DNA of 60,905 nt, taken from the IMG/VR virus record IMGVR_UViG_3300012942_000050, positions 1 through 60,905 of that record; one strand, 5' to 3'. This stretch comes from a virus. Its lineage: Duplodnaviria; Caudoviricetes. Positions within the stretch are counted from its first letter, which is position 1. The number at the start of each line of letters is the position of its first letter. This document shows, one piece after another, positions 19,690 to 29,666 of this stretch. The notes below the pieces were generated by a model. That model was not told where the DNA came from. It was given only the letters and a program-made list of their open reading frames with translations, and searched no databases. The translations under genes were made by a program, and so were the position numbers.

Positions 19690-20298
19690 CTACCCATTGG
19701 TGTCACTCGCAAAAATTCCCGCTGACACTGTGACGGATGGCACCACGCATTTGCCGAACACGAGAGGCACGGGGATGCCGCTGGTAACGTTGCGATTCTC
19801 GACGGAAAATCCGCTGTTGGGCGTGTTGGATGACGCCTTGCCAAGATCGAGTTTGGGTTGCGGCGAGAGCATTTGGGCGATGCCACCGAGGGCAAGGCTC
19901 AGCCCCATGCTGAACATGGTGCCAGCCCAACCTGTCGTCATCCCCGCCAACGTCATCCCACCTGTGAAGAATGCACCAGCAATCAGGGCAACGCCCAAAA
20001 TGGCCTGGAACAAGCCCGACTTCGCGCCCTGAATCACTGGCGCGATGCGAACCTCATGCAAATCACGCTCGATGTGAAGCTCATTCTCCGGATCAATCTG
20101 GCTATCGTTGGCGAACACTTTGTACAGCGTCTTGCGCTCTGGATCTCGCATGTGGGATTCAAAGCCCTTGACCTGGCTGCACAGCGCTCGGATAGCTTCG
20201 CCGGGGGACGAAATATAAAACCTGTGAATCTTGCCAAATTTCTTGCCAAGCTGGCCAGAAAGTTTGATAGTAGTCAGTTTGTTCTTATTGTTATCCAT
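19690..20298 (-). CDS. Tail assembly protein (lambda gpI-like)
   Basis: IKLSGQLGKKFG..H, EAIRALC, IAPVIQGAK, GIPVPLVFG; start taken at MDNNKNK. Confidence 0.9.
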   Translation of the reverse strand: MDNNKNKLTTIKLSGQLGKKFGKIHRFYISSPGEAIRALCSQVKGFESHMRDPERKTLYKVFANDSQIDPENELHIERDLHEVRIAPVIQGAKSGLFQAILGVALIAGAFFTGGMTLAGMTTGWAGTMFSMGLSLALGGIAQMLSPQPKLDLGKASSNTPNSGFSVENRNVTSGIPVPLVFGKCVVPSVTVSAGIFASDTNG

Positions 20299-20647
20299 GC
20301 TTAGCGTCCGTACACGAGAAAACCCCTTTACGTAAACCACTCTGGACAATGCCGAAGTTAGCTCCAGCCTGCCAGTAGGTTACTGGGACAGGGGAGCCAT
20401 TACCTATGTCCACCACACCAAGTGGGCCATTCCCTGCCGCAACAGCGACCAACCGGACAGATCCATCAGGCTGCTTCACATTATTTATTGGCATGTAATT
20501 CGACCAGGCATTGCTGATACAGGTAACTACACTATCTTGCGTGCCTGTCGCAGTCGTAGAAATGTTCGGAGAATCAGACAGCAACCCGGACACTGAAGTA
20601 CACCCGGCCAACGTCAGCACCGCCACCACGCTCAACAGCTTCTTCAT
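20291..20647 (-). CDS. Inserted lipoprotein (moron; superinfection-exclusion candidate)
   Basis: MKKLLSVVAVLTLAGC lipobox; GGGGAAG RBS; sits between gpK and gpI, which are adjacent in lambda. Confidence 0.75.
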   Translation of the reverse strand: MKKLLSVVAVLTLAGCTSVSGLLSDSPNISTTATGTQDSVVTCISNAWSNYMPINNVKQPDGSVRLVAVAAGNGPLGVVDIGNGSPVPVTYWQAGANFGIVQSGLRKGVFSCTDAKHG

Positions 20648-21420
20648 CCGTCTTCCCCAAGTAAGGATTTGTGACGAACTATCATAACTGTTTGCTGCAA
20701 CCAATATCCACCATACGGCACTCGGCCAGATGGCCGATCAAATAGGTGATGAAGCATGAGACAAGGGTTATCCCCAAGGTAGATCCCGGCGTGGTTCACC
20801 TTCCCCTGGACCTTGCTGCGAATGTCCATCATGATGACGTCGTGCAGCTTCGGACCATCATCGACCCGAACGAACCCGGCCTCCTCGAAGTGCTTGACGT
20901 ACAGGGACTCGGCTTCTGGATCCTCCCACCAGTTGCTGGTCCGCATGGCCAGCTCGAAGTCAGGGATGTCGATGCCAAGCTCTCGCTGGTAGTAATCCCG
21001 AATCAGGCTGTAGCAGTCGTGCCGTGGCGGACCCCACTGGCGCCCTACCAGCGGCGACACATAGCCGTCAGGCTCGGTGATCGTGTACTTATCGGCAACC
21101 ATCTGGCCGTCCGCTGTGTCCTTATAAACAGACAGGATGAGCCAAGGCACGTCACCCTCAGAGCACACCACTCTGTCAGCCTCGGAAGGCTGGCTGGAGG
21201 CGTCAGGATGCGTGTGGACGAGCATGGTGATCTCGCCACGATCCTCGGCTGCCGCGTAGTCTTCAGGCGCCATGACGAAGCTGCTGTTGCCCTCAGCGAT
21301 GTTTCGACACGGAACATAGACGTCTTTGTCGTCGTGAGTGTGGATGACCAGGCCACAGGCTTCTCGTGGGTAGTCCGCGATGGCGTGTTGCTGGATGGCG
21401 GGAATAAGAAAAGTATTCAT
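20644..21420 (-). CDS. Tail tip assembly protein (lambda gpK-like, JAB + NlpC/P60)
   Basis: YPREACG, VHTHPD..PSEAD, DCYSLIRDYY, NHAGIY. Confidence 0.93.
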   Translation of the reverse strand: MNTFLIPAIQQHAIADYPREACGLVIHTHDDKDVYVPCRNIAEGNSSFVMAPEDYAAAEDRGEITMLVHTHPDASSQPSEADRVVCSEGDVPWLILSVYKDTADGQMVADKYTITEPDGYVSPLVGRQWGPPRHDCYSLIRDYYQRELGIDIPDFELAMRTSNWWEDPEAESLYVKHFEEAGFVRVDDGPKLHDVIMMDIRSKVQGKVNHAGIYLGDNPCLMLHHLFDRPSGRVPYGGYWLQQTVMIVRHKSLLGEDG

Positions 21421-21449
21421 ATTGTAAATTAGCCTCTACTTTGCATTTT

Positions 21450-22139
21450 TCAACGATTTAAAGAAGCACCGGCGAAGCCGCCAAACGGCAGCGGGCCATT
21501 GGCGCCGAACCTGAGCTTGCAACTTCCGACTCGCTTCCCGCACTTATCCTTTGATAGGTCAGAGGTGGCCACGTCGTTCTCGTCGGCCACGGCGCCCCCT
21601 GCATACCCACAGTCAGCGCTCCTGTAAGCCCAGGGACACAGATTGGCTATCACGATGCGCTTGGGCAGAAACATGTCGCTCAGATCCAGCGCCGACTTCA
21701 TGGTGAACTCCACCACGGTCTTGTTGGCATTCGATTTCTGCTCCACATACCAGATGTCGTCCGGAAAGTGCGCGGTGGGGTCCGCCTCGGCATTCACGCC
21801 GTCCGGAAAATTCACTGCGTCCAAGAACTTCACAAGCGTGCGACGACGAGTAAGTTTGGCGCCAAGCAGGTCATTGAGGTACGAGCACAGCGCGGCAATG
21901 CTGCCGTCCACATTGCCAACCTGAAGCGTCGGGCTCGGTTGTTGTGCCTCTCCAGACACACCGAATCCATCGGGTTCTATCGGCCAAGGCTTATAGACCG
22001 TGCCTTGCCACGTCACATTGCCATTTCTCGTGTAGCCGTGGAAGTACAAAATATCACCGCCAATGTCGGTACAATCCAACTCGAAAAGTTCGACCAGGCC
22101 GGATGGCTCCAACAGTTGAATTTCTGAATCAATGCTCAT
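21450..22139 (-). CDS. Minor tail protein (lambda gpL-like)
   Basis: VELFELD, RRRTLVKFLDAVNF, C.W.YRS.DCGY, C-terminal Cys cluster, PFGGF. Confidence 0.93.
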   Translation of the reverse strand: MSIDSEIQLLEPSGLVELFELDCTDIGGDILYFHGYTRNGNVTWQGTVYKPWPIEPDGFGVSGEAQQPSPTLQVGNVDGSIAALCSYLNDLLGAKLTRRRTLVKFLDAVNFPDGVNAEADPTAHFPDDIWYVEQKSNANKTVVEFTMKSALDLSDMFLPKRIVIANLCPWAYRSADCGYAGGAVADENDVATSDLSKDKCGKRVGSCKLRFGANGPLPFGGFAGASLNR

Positions 22140-22140
22140 G

Positions 22141-22482
22141 TCAATCTGGTGTGAAAGACTGGGTAAAGGTCGCCGTCAACGTCCAGGCCGTGCCACCCTG
22201 GGAATCCGCCTTCAGGTCCGACACCTTCACCTGAATCTGATCTCCAAGAGGGGTCGTCCACAGAAAGGACTTGCTGCCACCCGTGGCTCTCAGGAAGGTG
22301 TAGACAGGTCCGACCTTCGACCAGTCGTTGAACATACTGATGCTCCAGACGTCCTTGACGGCATTCAGCCCGTCCTGAGACGTCTGGACGTAGCCGTTGC
22401 CAAGCTGCGTCGTCTTGATATTGAACGTGGGCGCCAATGACGTGCCGACGTCAACAAGCCAGGTGGGGTCGAACGTATCCAT
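22141..22482 (-). CDS. Minor tail protein (lambda gpM-like)
   Basis: GNGYVQ..DGLN, FL...GG.KSFLWTTP, LTATFTQ. Confidence 0.9.
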   Translation of the reverse strand: MDTFDPTWLVDVGTSLAPTFNIKTTQLGNGYVQTSQDGLNAVKDVWSISMFNDWSKVGPVYTFLRATGGSKSFLWTTPLGDQIQVKVSDLKADSQGGTAWTLTATFTQSFTPD

Positions 22483-22484
22483 GC

Positions 22485-25400
22485 TTACCTCTGCTTGATG
22501 GCGCGATTGATCGACCCACCCTGGCCAAGCTCTTGGTTGATGGTTTTCAGCATCTGGGCATGAAGCGTGCTGGCCATGTTCGCGTAATCCTGGTTATCAG
22601 CCTTCGTGTCGCCGCTGGCATTGCCGTTGCTGATGTAGAAGTTGCTGCTGATGTTGACGTTGCTGCCACCCCCAGCCTTCTCAGCACCGGCAGGCACGGC
22701 ACGGATGCCAAGGGAGCCATCGGAGGTGCGAGTGAGTGGCATGATGGCTTCGGGGCCAGCTTCACCCATCTCACCCAGCGGGAACGTCACGGGCTGCCTG
22801 ACGATGCTGTTGGTGAAGGCGCCACCGTTGGCGAAGGCTAGGAGGTTGCCACGGGAGAAGGCATTGCCTTTGGCGTTATGTACACCGACACTCGGGAAAT
22901 TCGTGTAGTCGATGTCGAACGCATTGGCGGATGACGTCGGTATGGACGACGGGAACCAGCTGCCCACAGACTTCGCTATGAACGCGAACAACTGAGTCTC
23001 AGCCTCCTGTGCAGCGATCTTTGCCATGTCCTGCAGGACGCTGACGGTGAAGTCCTTGAAGCTGAACTTCCCGGTCGTCACAAAGTTATCCAGCGCCGTC
23101 CCCGCGTCATTGAACGCGGTGGACAGAGCGTTCGACACCGTTTTTCCGGTAGACATCGCCTCATTCTGGTACTGCGTGAACAGCTTCATGATGCTGCTGT
23201 GAATGCTGTTGTCAGCCAGGTAGCTACTTTGGCCTACGATGAAGGCGGACTCCCCTGCACTCTTCTGTCGAGCACGAATGGTCTGAACATCCCCTAGGAG
23301 CACACTCTTCTGCTCCTGAGCCATGGCAATCTTCTTCGGATCAGTGGCATTCTTCAGCGCTTCGTTGATGGCGGCTATCTTCGTCAACCGGTCATCAAGT
23401 AACGTGTTGTACGCCTGCTCAGCCTGGTCACGGGCCTTCATGCCAGCGACCACATCATCCGTCATGTACTGTTCGTTGAGTTTCTGCTGGTCGTTGTACT
23501 GATCCTTCAGAATCCTGTCGTTCGTCTTATTGAGGTCGCCAACGAGTTTCAAATGATCTGTAATCGCGGATCTGGTTGCCGTATCCAGAATTCGATTCGG
23601 GTCATTGAGTGCAAGGCGTTGATGATGCTGACGCGGGGGGTGCGTATCAACATGTTGGCCAAGTTTGTTGTTCTGCAGCGTGACGTCAGTGGCCTTCTGG
23701 TTCAGTTCATCCCTGACCCTATCCACATTGCTCACGCCGCCTTCTTGAGCCGCCCTGCCCAGGAACCCCATCTTGTTGGCGTAGGCCACACCGTTCGTAT
23801 ACGCCTCAGCAATCTTGGTATCCGTATCAATGTTGCGAATGCCCGACGCATCAATGTTCGCGTTGCGCTGCCGAGCAATATCCTTTTCCGACTGAGAAGC
23901 GTAGGGGGAGTTGATAATGGACGTATTGTTCCTGTAATCGCGCTGTAGCCCCTTGATACGACTGGCAGCGGACTCTCCTTCCCCGAGCGCGGTCTGCAGT
24001 TTCATCTTGTCGTTCAGGTCAGCGATACGCTGAGCCATATCCGCCGCACTGCCAAGGCTTCGTGCATATGCCTCTGACAGGTCATTCAACCGCTTCTGAG
24101 CTGCAATGACGTCCTGCTGTGCCTGCAGATAGTTCTGCTGGTTGTCCAACGTGTATCCACCAATCTGGACAGCTTGGTGCATCGGGTCCAAAGACTTCTC
24201 ATAAGCCTTAGCAACATCCAAGGCAGACTTGGCACGAGCAATCTCTTGCAGCTGTAGCTGCTGACCGGAGGACAACTGCTGCTGGAAGATATCCTGAGCC
24301 GTGGCGCCAGAGTTCGGATCCGCACCATGCAACATCTTCCTGTTGGCTTCATCTACCGTCTGAATCTGTTTCTGGACGGCCTGCAGCTGACTGCCTACGT
24401 TATCCAGGTACTTATTGGTAAAGCCGGTGGCTGTGTCAGTATGCTTGCCGAACGCATCAATAGCAGTGGACGCCAACTCAAATGCTATAGCCACCCATCC
24501 AACAAGGCTGGTCAAACTGGCCAGAGCCGTAAGTGCCTTGCCCGCCCCGCCTGCGAATTTCGATAATCCAGTAGCTGTACGCTCTATCTTGGATGATCCG
24601 GCTGCGGCTGCATTCGCCGCACTACTCTCCAGCTTGGATGCAGTGTTAGACGCCTGTGCAACAGTGTTGGCCTCCAGGGATTCGGAATCCTTTTGAAGCG
24701 TAGCAATATGCTCCCGCAGGGTCTTGATCTGATCCTGCATGGCAGCTACGTCACTTTTCCTCTGTGAGTACGCGCCAAGCGTTTGCAGTCCGCCCACTAT
24801 TGGTGAGCCAATAATGGACAGTCCCTTCATCCCTGCGTAGATCTCGATAACTCGCTGAATGCTGTCCCTGTTGGCAATCAGGGCGTCTGTAAACCGTATT
24901 ACCCCGCCCGTCACATCCTTCAGGAACGTCACGAATCCCTGGGACGATGCGATACCGTTCAATTGGTCCAGAAAGTCCCGAAGATCGGACTTGGAGTCTT
25001 CAAACGCCTTGCTGAACGACTGCTGCAGAGATGACTTCAGCCGAGTTTCAGCGCCCTCTACCGTGTCAGCCAACTCCTTCTGTGCAGCGGACAAGAACCC
25101 ACTGGCGGAACTAACCTCCTGCAGCTTCTCCTTGTAGCCGTCAAGATCCTCCAGCAACGGTTTGATCGCCTTGGACCCACGCTCTCCGAATATGTTTTGC
25201 AGGGCAGAGTTACGAGACTGCTCATCCAGCCGGGATAAATTGTTGCGAAGCTCTTCCAGAACCTGTATGAATGGTTTGGCCTGACTCTCAGCATCGTAGG
25301 CACTGAACCCCAGAATATTCATAGCCTTCTGGCCAGTACCTCGTGGGGCATACAACTCATTCAACATGTTCCGAAACGAGGTGCCTGCCATCGTCCCGGT

Positions 25401-26903
25401 AATGTTTCGTTGGGCCATGGTGGCCAGGGACGCAGTAACCTCTTCCAAGGAGACGTGATACTGTGCAGCGTTCGTAGATGCCTGGCGCATCGACTCGGAA
25501 ATTTTCTGAACCGACGTATTGGAGATCGCAGCAGCCTTGGCAAAAGCGTCCCCAACGCGAGAAGCCTGGGCCGCGTTCAAATTAAACGCGGCCAGAGCGC
25601 CAGTAACAGACACGGCGGCCTGTTCCATGCTCAACTCACCTACAGTAGACAAGTTGAGTACGGTGTTCAGCGCCTGCAATGACTGTTTTGATGTCAGGCC
25701 TGCCTGAGCCAGGGCACGCAAACCCTCTGCTGCCTCCACAGGGGTCTTCATCGACCCCTGCACGGCGGGCATCATGTCTTGGGTGGAAATCGCTTCGTTG
25801 CCAAGTGCCTGGATGAACTTGAGCTGGTATTCCAGATCCTTGCCGACGCCCACCGTGTTGGTGATCGCGGCGCCCAGGCCAGCACCAGCCAGCAACGGAG
25901 CGAACGACCCCCACGTCAACCAGGTGGCACGCAGCGTCCCCAAGAAACCACGAGCAGCAGAGTGGCCATCGCGCATGATGGCGTTGTTGCCAACAAGCGT
26001 GGCACCCATGCCTTTGCGGGTCGCGGCAATGCGGTTCTCAAGAGTTTCAATCTGACGACGGGTGTTGAGGAGATCACGGGCAGCGACGCTCTCAGCAGAA
26101 GCCTGGCCTGTTGACGCCAACATACCTGGGAGATTTTTCATGTCCCCAAGTGCGGAGACACCCATGGTCCGAGCAATGGTTGCCGTAGAGAATTCCCCGC
26201 TTGCCTGTAATCGCTCGATCTGCTGCAAATAAGAGACGCGCTGTGACAGGCTCTTGCGGTAGTACCCTTGTGACAAGGACAGTTGCTTGGCAGCAGTAGC
26301 TTCACGCCTGGAAAGTCCGGCTGCAGCTTCGGCCTGAGAAAGCTGGTCCATCTCTGCTGCGTGGTTAAGGAACGCTGCCTTCATAACCGCAGCTTGCTTC
26401 TCGTAAGCCAGCGCAGTCTTATTTGCCGCAGCTTCAAGCTCTTGCTGAGCGGCAAGTTGAACCTTAGCGGGGTTGTTAAGGAACGCTGCCTTCATAACCG
26501 CAGCTTGCTTCTCGTAAGCCAGCGCAGTCTTTTCAAGCTCGGCACGGGCCGTCATAGCCTGCAAAGTCGTGCTTTTTTCGACCGACGTTATGGCTCCACT
26601 GAGACTCCCAACGTCATCGCCTACGTTCTTAACCCCCACGCGCAGCCCATTTACAGCCCGCGAGTAAGATATCTGCATCTTAGAGGCAGCTTCAGTCGCC
26701 GCCTTCTCAGCCGCAGCCAGCTTCTCCATCCCGCTGGCAGCCGCCGCCACATCTCCTGTCGTCGAGGACGGGATCACCCTCGTCGCGCTGAGCTTAGACG
26801 ACAGTTGGACGACATCGACAAGCTCCTTCTTGAGCTTGGCCAGATCTTCAAGTGCCGCGCCGGTGCGGACGCCTACTGAGAGAGTGCTGCTGGTGTCGGG
26901 CAT
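22485..26903 (-). CDS. Tail tape measure protein
   Basis: 1472 aa Ala-rich; TP901-type core (AEGLRALAQAG, AGTSFRN, IFGERG); lambda-type C-terminus (MGEAGPEAIMPL). Confidence 0.93.
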   Translation of the reverse strand: MPDTSSTLSVGVRTGAALEDLAKLKKELVDVVQLSSKLSATRVIPSSTTGDVAAAASGMEKLAAAEKAATEAASKMQISYSRAVNGLRVGVKNVGDDVGSLSGAITSVEKSTTLQAMTARAELEKTALAYEKQAAVMKAAFLNNPAKVQLAAQQELEAAANKTALAYEKQAAVMKAAFLNHAAEMDQLSQAEAAAGLSRREATAAKQLSLSQGYYRKSLSQRVSYLQQIERLQASGEFSTATIARTMGVSALGDMKNLPGMLASTGQASAESVAARDLLNTRRQIETLENRIAATRKGMGATLVGNNAIMRDGHSAARGFLGTLRATWLTWGSFAPLLAGAGLGAAITNTVGVGKDLEYQLKFIQALGNEAISTQDMMPAVQGSMKTPVEAAEGLRALAQAGLTSKQSLQALNTVLNLSTVGELSMEQAAVSVTGALAAFNLNAAQASRVGDAFAKAAAISNTSVQKISESMRQASTNAAQYHVSLEEVTASLATMAQRNITGTMAGTSFRNMLNELYAPRGTGQKAMNILGFSAYDAESQAKPFIQVLEELRNNLSRLDEQSRNSALQNIFGERGSKAIKPLLEDLDGYKEKLQEVSSASGFLSAAQKELADTVEGAETRLKSSLQQSFSKAFEDSKSDLRDFLDQLNGIASSQGFVTFLKDVTGGVIRFTDALIANRDSIQRVIEIYAGMKGLSIIGSPIVGGLQTLGAYSQRKSDVAAMQDQIKTLREHIATLQKDSESLEANTVAQASNTASKLESSAANAAAAGSSKIERTATGLSKFAGGAGKALTALASLTSLVGWVAIAFELASTAIDAFGKHTDTATGFTNKYLDNVGSQLQAVQKQIQTVDEANRKMLHGADPNSGATAQDIFQQQLSSGQQLQLQEIARAKSALDVAKAYEKSLDPMHQAVQIGGYTLDNQQNYLQAQQDVIAAQKRLNDLSEAYARSLGSAADMAQRIADLNDKMKLQTALGEGESAASRIKGLQRDYRNNTSIINSPYASQSEKDIARQRNANIDASGIRNIDTDTKIAEAYTNGVAYANKMGFLGRAAQEGGVSNVDRVRDELNQKATDVTLQNNKLGQHVDTHPPRQHHQRLALNDPNRILDTATRSAITDHLKLVGDLNKTNDRILKDQYNDQQKLNEQYMTDDVVAGMKARDQAEQAYNTLLDDRLTKIAAINEALKNATDPKKIAMAQEQKSVLLGDVQTIRARQKSAGESAFIVGQSSYLADNSIHSSIMKLFTQYQNEAMSTGKTVSNALSTAFNDAGTALDNFVTTGKFSFKDFTVSVLQDMAKIAAQEAETQLFAFIAKSVGSWFPSSIPTSSANAFDIDYTNFPSVGVHNAKGNAFSRGNLLAFANGGAFTNSIVRQPVTFPLGEMGEAGPEAIMPLTRTSDGSLGIRAVPAGAEKAGGGSNVNISSNFYISNGNASGDTKADNQDYANMASTLHAQMLKTINQELGQGGSINRAIKQR
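26364..26531. repeat. Exact 57-bp direct repeat inside the tape measure gene
   Basis: 26364-26420 = 26475-26531, encoding KTALAYEKQAAVMKAAFLN twice. Confidence 0.9.
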
Positions 26904-26905
26904 TT

Positions 26906-27235
26906 TTATTTATTCTTCTTCGACCACCACCCCATGTGAGTGGCATCCAGTGTCTGAATCATGCGCAGGTACTTCATGGCAGGCTCCCCGCGCTGTATAC
27001 CCGCCAAGTCGATGTAGGCCAGGATCTCCCCGATCTGCAGAGGCATCAGGCCCACCTCGTTAAACTGTCTCGCACTCGACAAGTGCTGGTAGCCTCGCAT
27101 GTACTTCTTACAGTCGGCTCTCAGCCGTGGCCTGGAATGTAAACGGGGGTTTTTGACCCCCGTTTGCTCCTCCAGAGCTTGCATTGCGGGGATGGCAGGC
27201 ACCCACTCCAGTTCCCAGCTAAGAACCTCCCTCAG
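26906..27235 (-). CDS. Tail assembly chaperone -1 frameshift extension (gpT-like)
   Basis: Open -1 frame (LREVLSWELEWVPAIPAMQ...) begins at the slippery A AAA AAC that ends the upstream gene. Confidence 0.8.
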   Translation of the reverse strand: MREVLSWELEWVPAIPAMQALEEQTGVKNPRLHSRPRLRADCKKYMRGYQHLSSARQFNEVGLMPLQIGEILAYIDLAGIQRGEPAMKYLRMIQTLDATHMGWWSKKNK

Positions 27236-27645
27236 TTTTTTTGCTGTTCTTCCTCTTCTTTCGCCCGGTACATCTCAGCGTCACGCGCCATGCCAAGTAC
27301 CAGATCCCGGAATTCGTGCATGATCGGGTCGGCCAGAATTTCCGCAGCAGTCTCAACTGAGTAATCCAGCGCCTCACCCTTGAACGTCAGACCCTTCCAG
27401 CCGAGCAGGACGGTTTCGGCCAGAGCCCTCGCCATCAGTTCGCCCGAGAGCTTTTCCGCGTCGTCGCCGCCCGCGTCGATGGCGTCCCTGTTGGCGGCAT
27501 ACGCATCGGCCAACGCCTTGGTGAAGTTCGCATTGCCAGCACGGGCAATGAGGAGCGAGGCGCCCTGAACGTAGCGCCAGACGCCCTTGACTTCAGCGTC
27601 GAGGTCAACAGCAAATTGTTTGAAAATATCGAGCATGTGTGTCAC
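27232..27645 (-). CDS. Tail assembly chaperone (gpG-like)
   Basis: Between major tail and TMP genes; ARAGN..F, VLLGWKG; ends CAA AAA AAC TGA. Confidence 0.85.
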   Translation of the reverse strand: MTHMLDIFKQFAVDLDAEVKGVWRYVQGASLLIARAGNANFTKALADAYAANRDAIDAGGDDAEKLSGELMARALAETVLLGWKGLTFKGEALDYSVETAAEILADPIMHEFRDLVLGMARDAEMYRAKEEEEQQKN

Positions 27646-27678
27646 TCAGTCAGTTATGGGGCCTTAGGCCCCGGTGGA

Positions 27679-28611
27679 TTAAGGCACAACGGCATCCGTT
27701 CGAGTGATCTTCACAGAACACTCATCCGACGAGTCGTAAAGCGCCTGATAATTCATGTCCAGCATGACATCCTGGTCCAGGCCACCAGCCACGACTTTGG
27801 CTCCAGTGATCTTGGCGCGGGGGATGTCGAACTGGTACGAGTTCCCAGCAGCATCCGTCACCTTCCAGGACAGCGCCACGGGCGTGTTGGAGATGTACTT
27901 GTCGTAAATGGAACCGTCTGAGAAGTACGCAGTCAGAGCGCCGGTCGGCTTGAACGTACCGGCGACGATGGCGCAGGCACCCATGTTGCCGACAGCGTTC
28001 TGGGCACGCAGGCCAGCATCGGTGGCCAAGGACACCTTGTTGATGCCGCACGGGTACGCCGTGCCCCCAATGGAAAGGCTGGCAAAATTCGAGGCGGAAT
28101 TCATGACTTCCGTGTCGGAAGCAGTACCAGCAGCCGGGACACCGGACGACCCAGCACGAATGGCATCCTTGCCGGTGAAACCAAAGCTGCCGGTCAGGAT
28201 GGCACCAATGGAGAAGTCCAGGCTCATCGTGTTCACAGCCATGCCGCGATACAAGATGAACTGATTGACGTCGGTGAACCCTTTCTCGATACTGAAGAAA
28301 GGCACGCTCGTGCCATTCTTGAGCACATCCGAGGTCCATGCTCCGCCAAGGGCTGCCGCAATGAAGTCGTCGAACGACCCGTAGGACAGCTCGAAATTCA
28401 CGTCGCCGGTCGTCTCAGCGCCAAGCTGGATCAGGTCAGCAATGTTGCGGTCAGCCCGGATCTCCTTGCTGGTATCGGTCTTGATGTTGAAATCAAGGGA
28501 CTCACCAGTGAAGCGCAGGTCCGTGGATGTACCCGTGCTAGGGGTCGTGCCGAAAGTCGCCTCCGCAATATAGCGGAGCCGAGTCAAATTCGAGGAAGAA
28601 GTGGTTGCCAT
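27679..28611 (-). CDS. Major tail tube protein
   Basis: LRYIAEATFGTTP, LRFTGESL, SKEIRADR, FSIEKGFTD; GAGG RBS; position. Confidence 0.88.
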   Translation of the reverse strand: MATTSSSNLTRLRYIAEATFGTTPSTGTSTDLRFTGESLDFNIKTDTSKEIRADRNIADLIQLGAETTGDVNFELSYGSFDDFIAAALGGAWTSDVLKNGTSVPFFSIEKGFTDVNQFILYRGMAVNTMSLDFSIGAILTGSFGFTGKDAIRAGSSGVPAAGTASDTEVMNSASNFASLSIGGTAYPCGINKVSLATDAGLRAQNAVGNMGACAIVAGTFKPTGALTAYFSDGSIYDKYISNTPVALSWKVTDAAGNSYQFDIPRAKITGAKVVAGGLDQDVMLDMNYQALYDSSDECSVKITRTDAVVP

Positions 28612-28701
28612 GTGGGCCTCTTTCTAGTTCTTGTTATTGGGCCTGCGCGCCATTTCAGGCGATCACAGTGATTTTACAATATAACCGTTATTTTGCATAG
28701 T

Positions 28702-29133
28702 TCAGGGGTGAAATGCGACATCCATGCTGTCGAAGTAGAACGGTACGTACAGCGTCTCGATGACCCACCCATTCGACCGCGTAGGTGCCCCAGGAGACGG
28801 GATCAAAGTCTTGACGTGGCCGATGGTCGCTGCCTTGAACTCATCTTTCATGTAGTCCAGCATCACGCGCAACGACCGGCTGCCAGTACCCTCCCGAGCA
28901 CCAAACCCAAACTCAATTTGGCCCCAGGTGCGATCCACCGGCTTGGCAGCAATCGTGACCTGGACGGATTTGTTAAACACGAATTCGTAATTACAGAACT
29001 TCGCCACCTCATCCAAATTAGGGTCAGGCAGGTTGTCTCCGTAAATCACGACATCTGAAAATTCGGAAGCCTGCCATGCAGCCTGGATCTTGGTGACCAT
29101 ATCGTCACGCGCATTCACTGTGCCGTAAGTCAA
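28702..29133 (-). CDS. Putative tail terminator
   Basis: Size and position before the major tail gene. Confidence 0.6.
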   Translation of the reverse strand: MTYGTVNARDDMVTKIQAAWQASEFSDVVIYGDNLPDPNLDEVAKFCNYEFVFNKSVQVTIAAKPVDRTWGQIEFGFGAREGTGSRSLRVMLDYMKDEFKAATIGHVKTLIPSPGAPTRSNGWVIETLYVPFYFDSMDVAFHP

Positions 29134-29666
29134 AGTTTCTCCTTCTTCAGGCGCTGTGCCTGCTGCCTCGTGATGGTGGCGTACTGGGGCATAACAGCAA
29201 CGATGGCTCGTTCCACAGGCTTGGCCGCATTACCAGTATCAGGACGGAATTTGATCCGACCCTCTTCCTCAATCATCGGGGCGTAGGCGTCATCATGCTC
29301 GGCTGAGGTAGACAGGTAGAAGGTGTCCCCAAGTTTGTACCCATGGTCCTTTCCCTTGTTCATCTGCCTGGCGTAGATGATCGCGGGCATACTGCCGCAG
29401 TGGAACGGCTCCAGTCGTCCCGCAGGCTGGGCATCCAGGAATGGCAACGACTCAAAGCTCACGTCAACCTTATTGATGGAGTACTTCCAGTTGCCGACGA
29501 AATCTCCGGAGAACTGCGGGGAGAATTCCAGGATCTTGTTGAACAGTTCAACAGTGATACCGTTGGCGACGTCGGCAACTTCCTGTTCCACGGCAGCCAT
29601 CCATTCGTCCCACTGCCTGGCAACCTGCTCCACATTCTTGATTTCGACGGATATGCCAAGGCTCAT
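29130..29666 (-). CDS. Neck/tail completion protein (HK97 gp10-like)
   Basis: SPQFSGDFVGNW motif (P-x-x-x-G), YAPMIE; position. Confidence 0.65.
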   Translation of the reverse strand: MSLGISVEIKNVEQVARQWDEWMAAVEQEVADVANGITVELFNKILEFSPQFSGDFVGNWKYSINKVDVSFESLPFLDAQPAGRLEPFHCGSMPAIIYARQMNKGKDHGYKLGDTFYLSTSAEHDDAYAPMIEEEGRIKFRPDTGNAAKPVERAIVAVMPQYATITRQQAQRLKKEKL

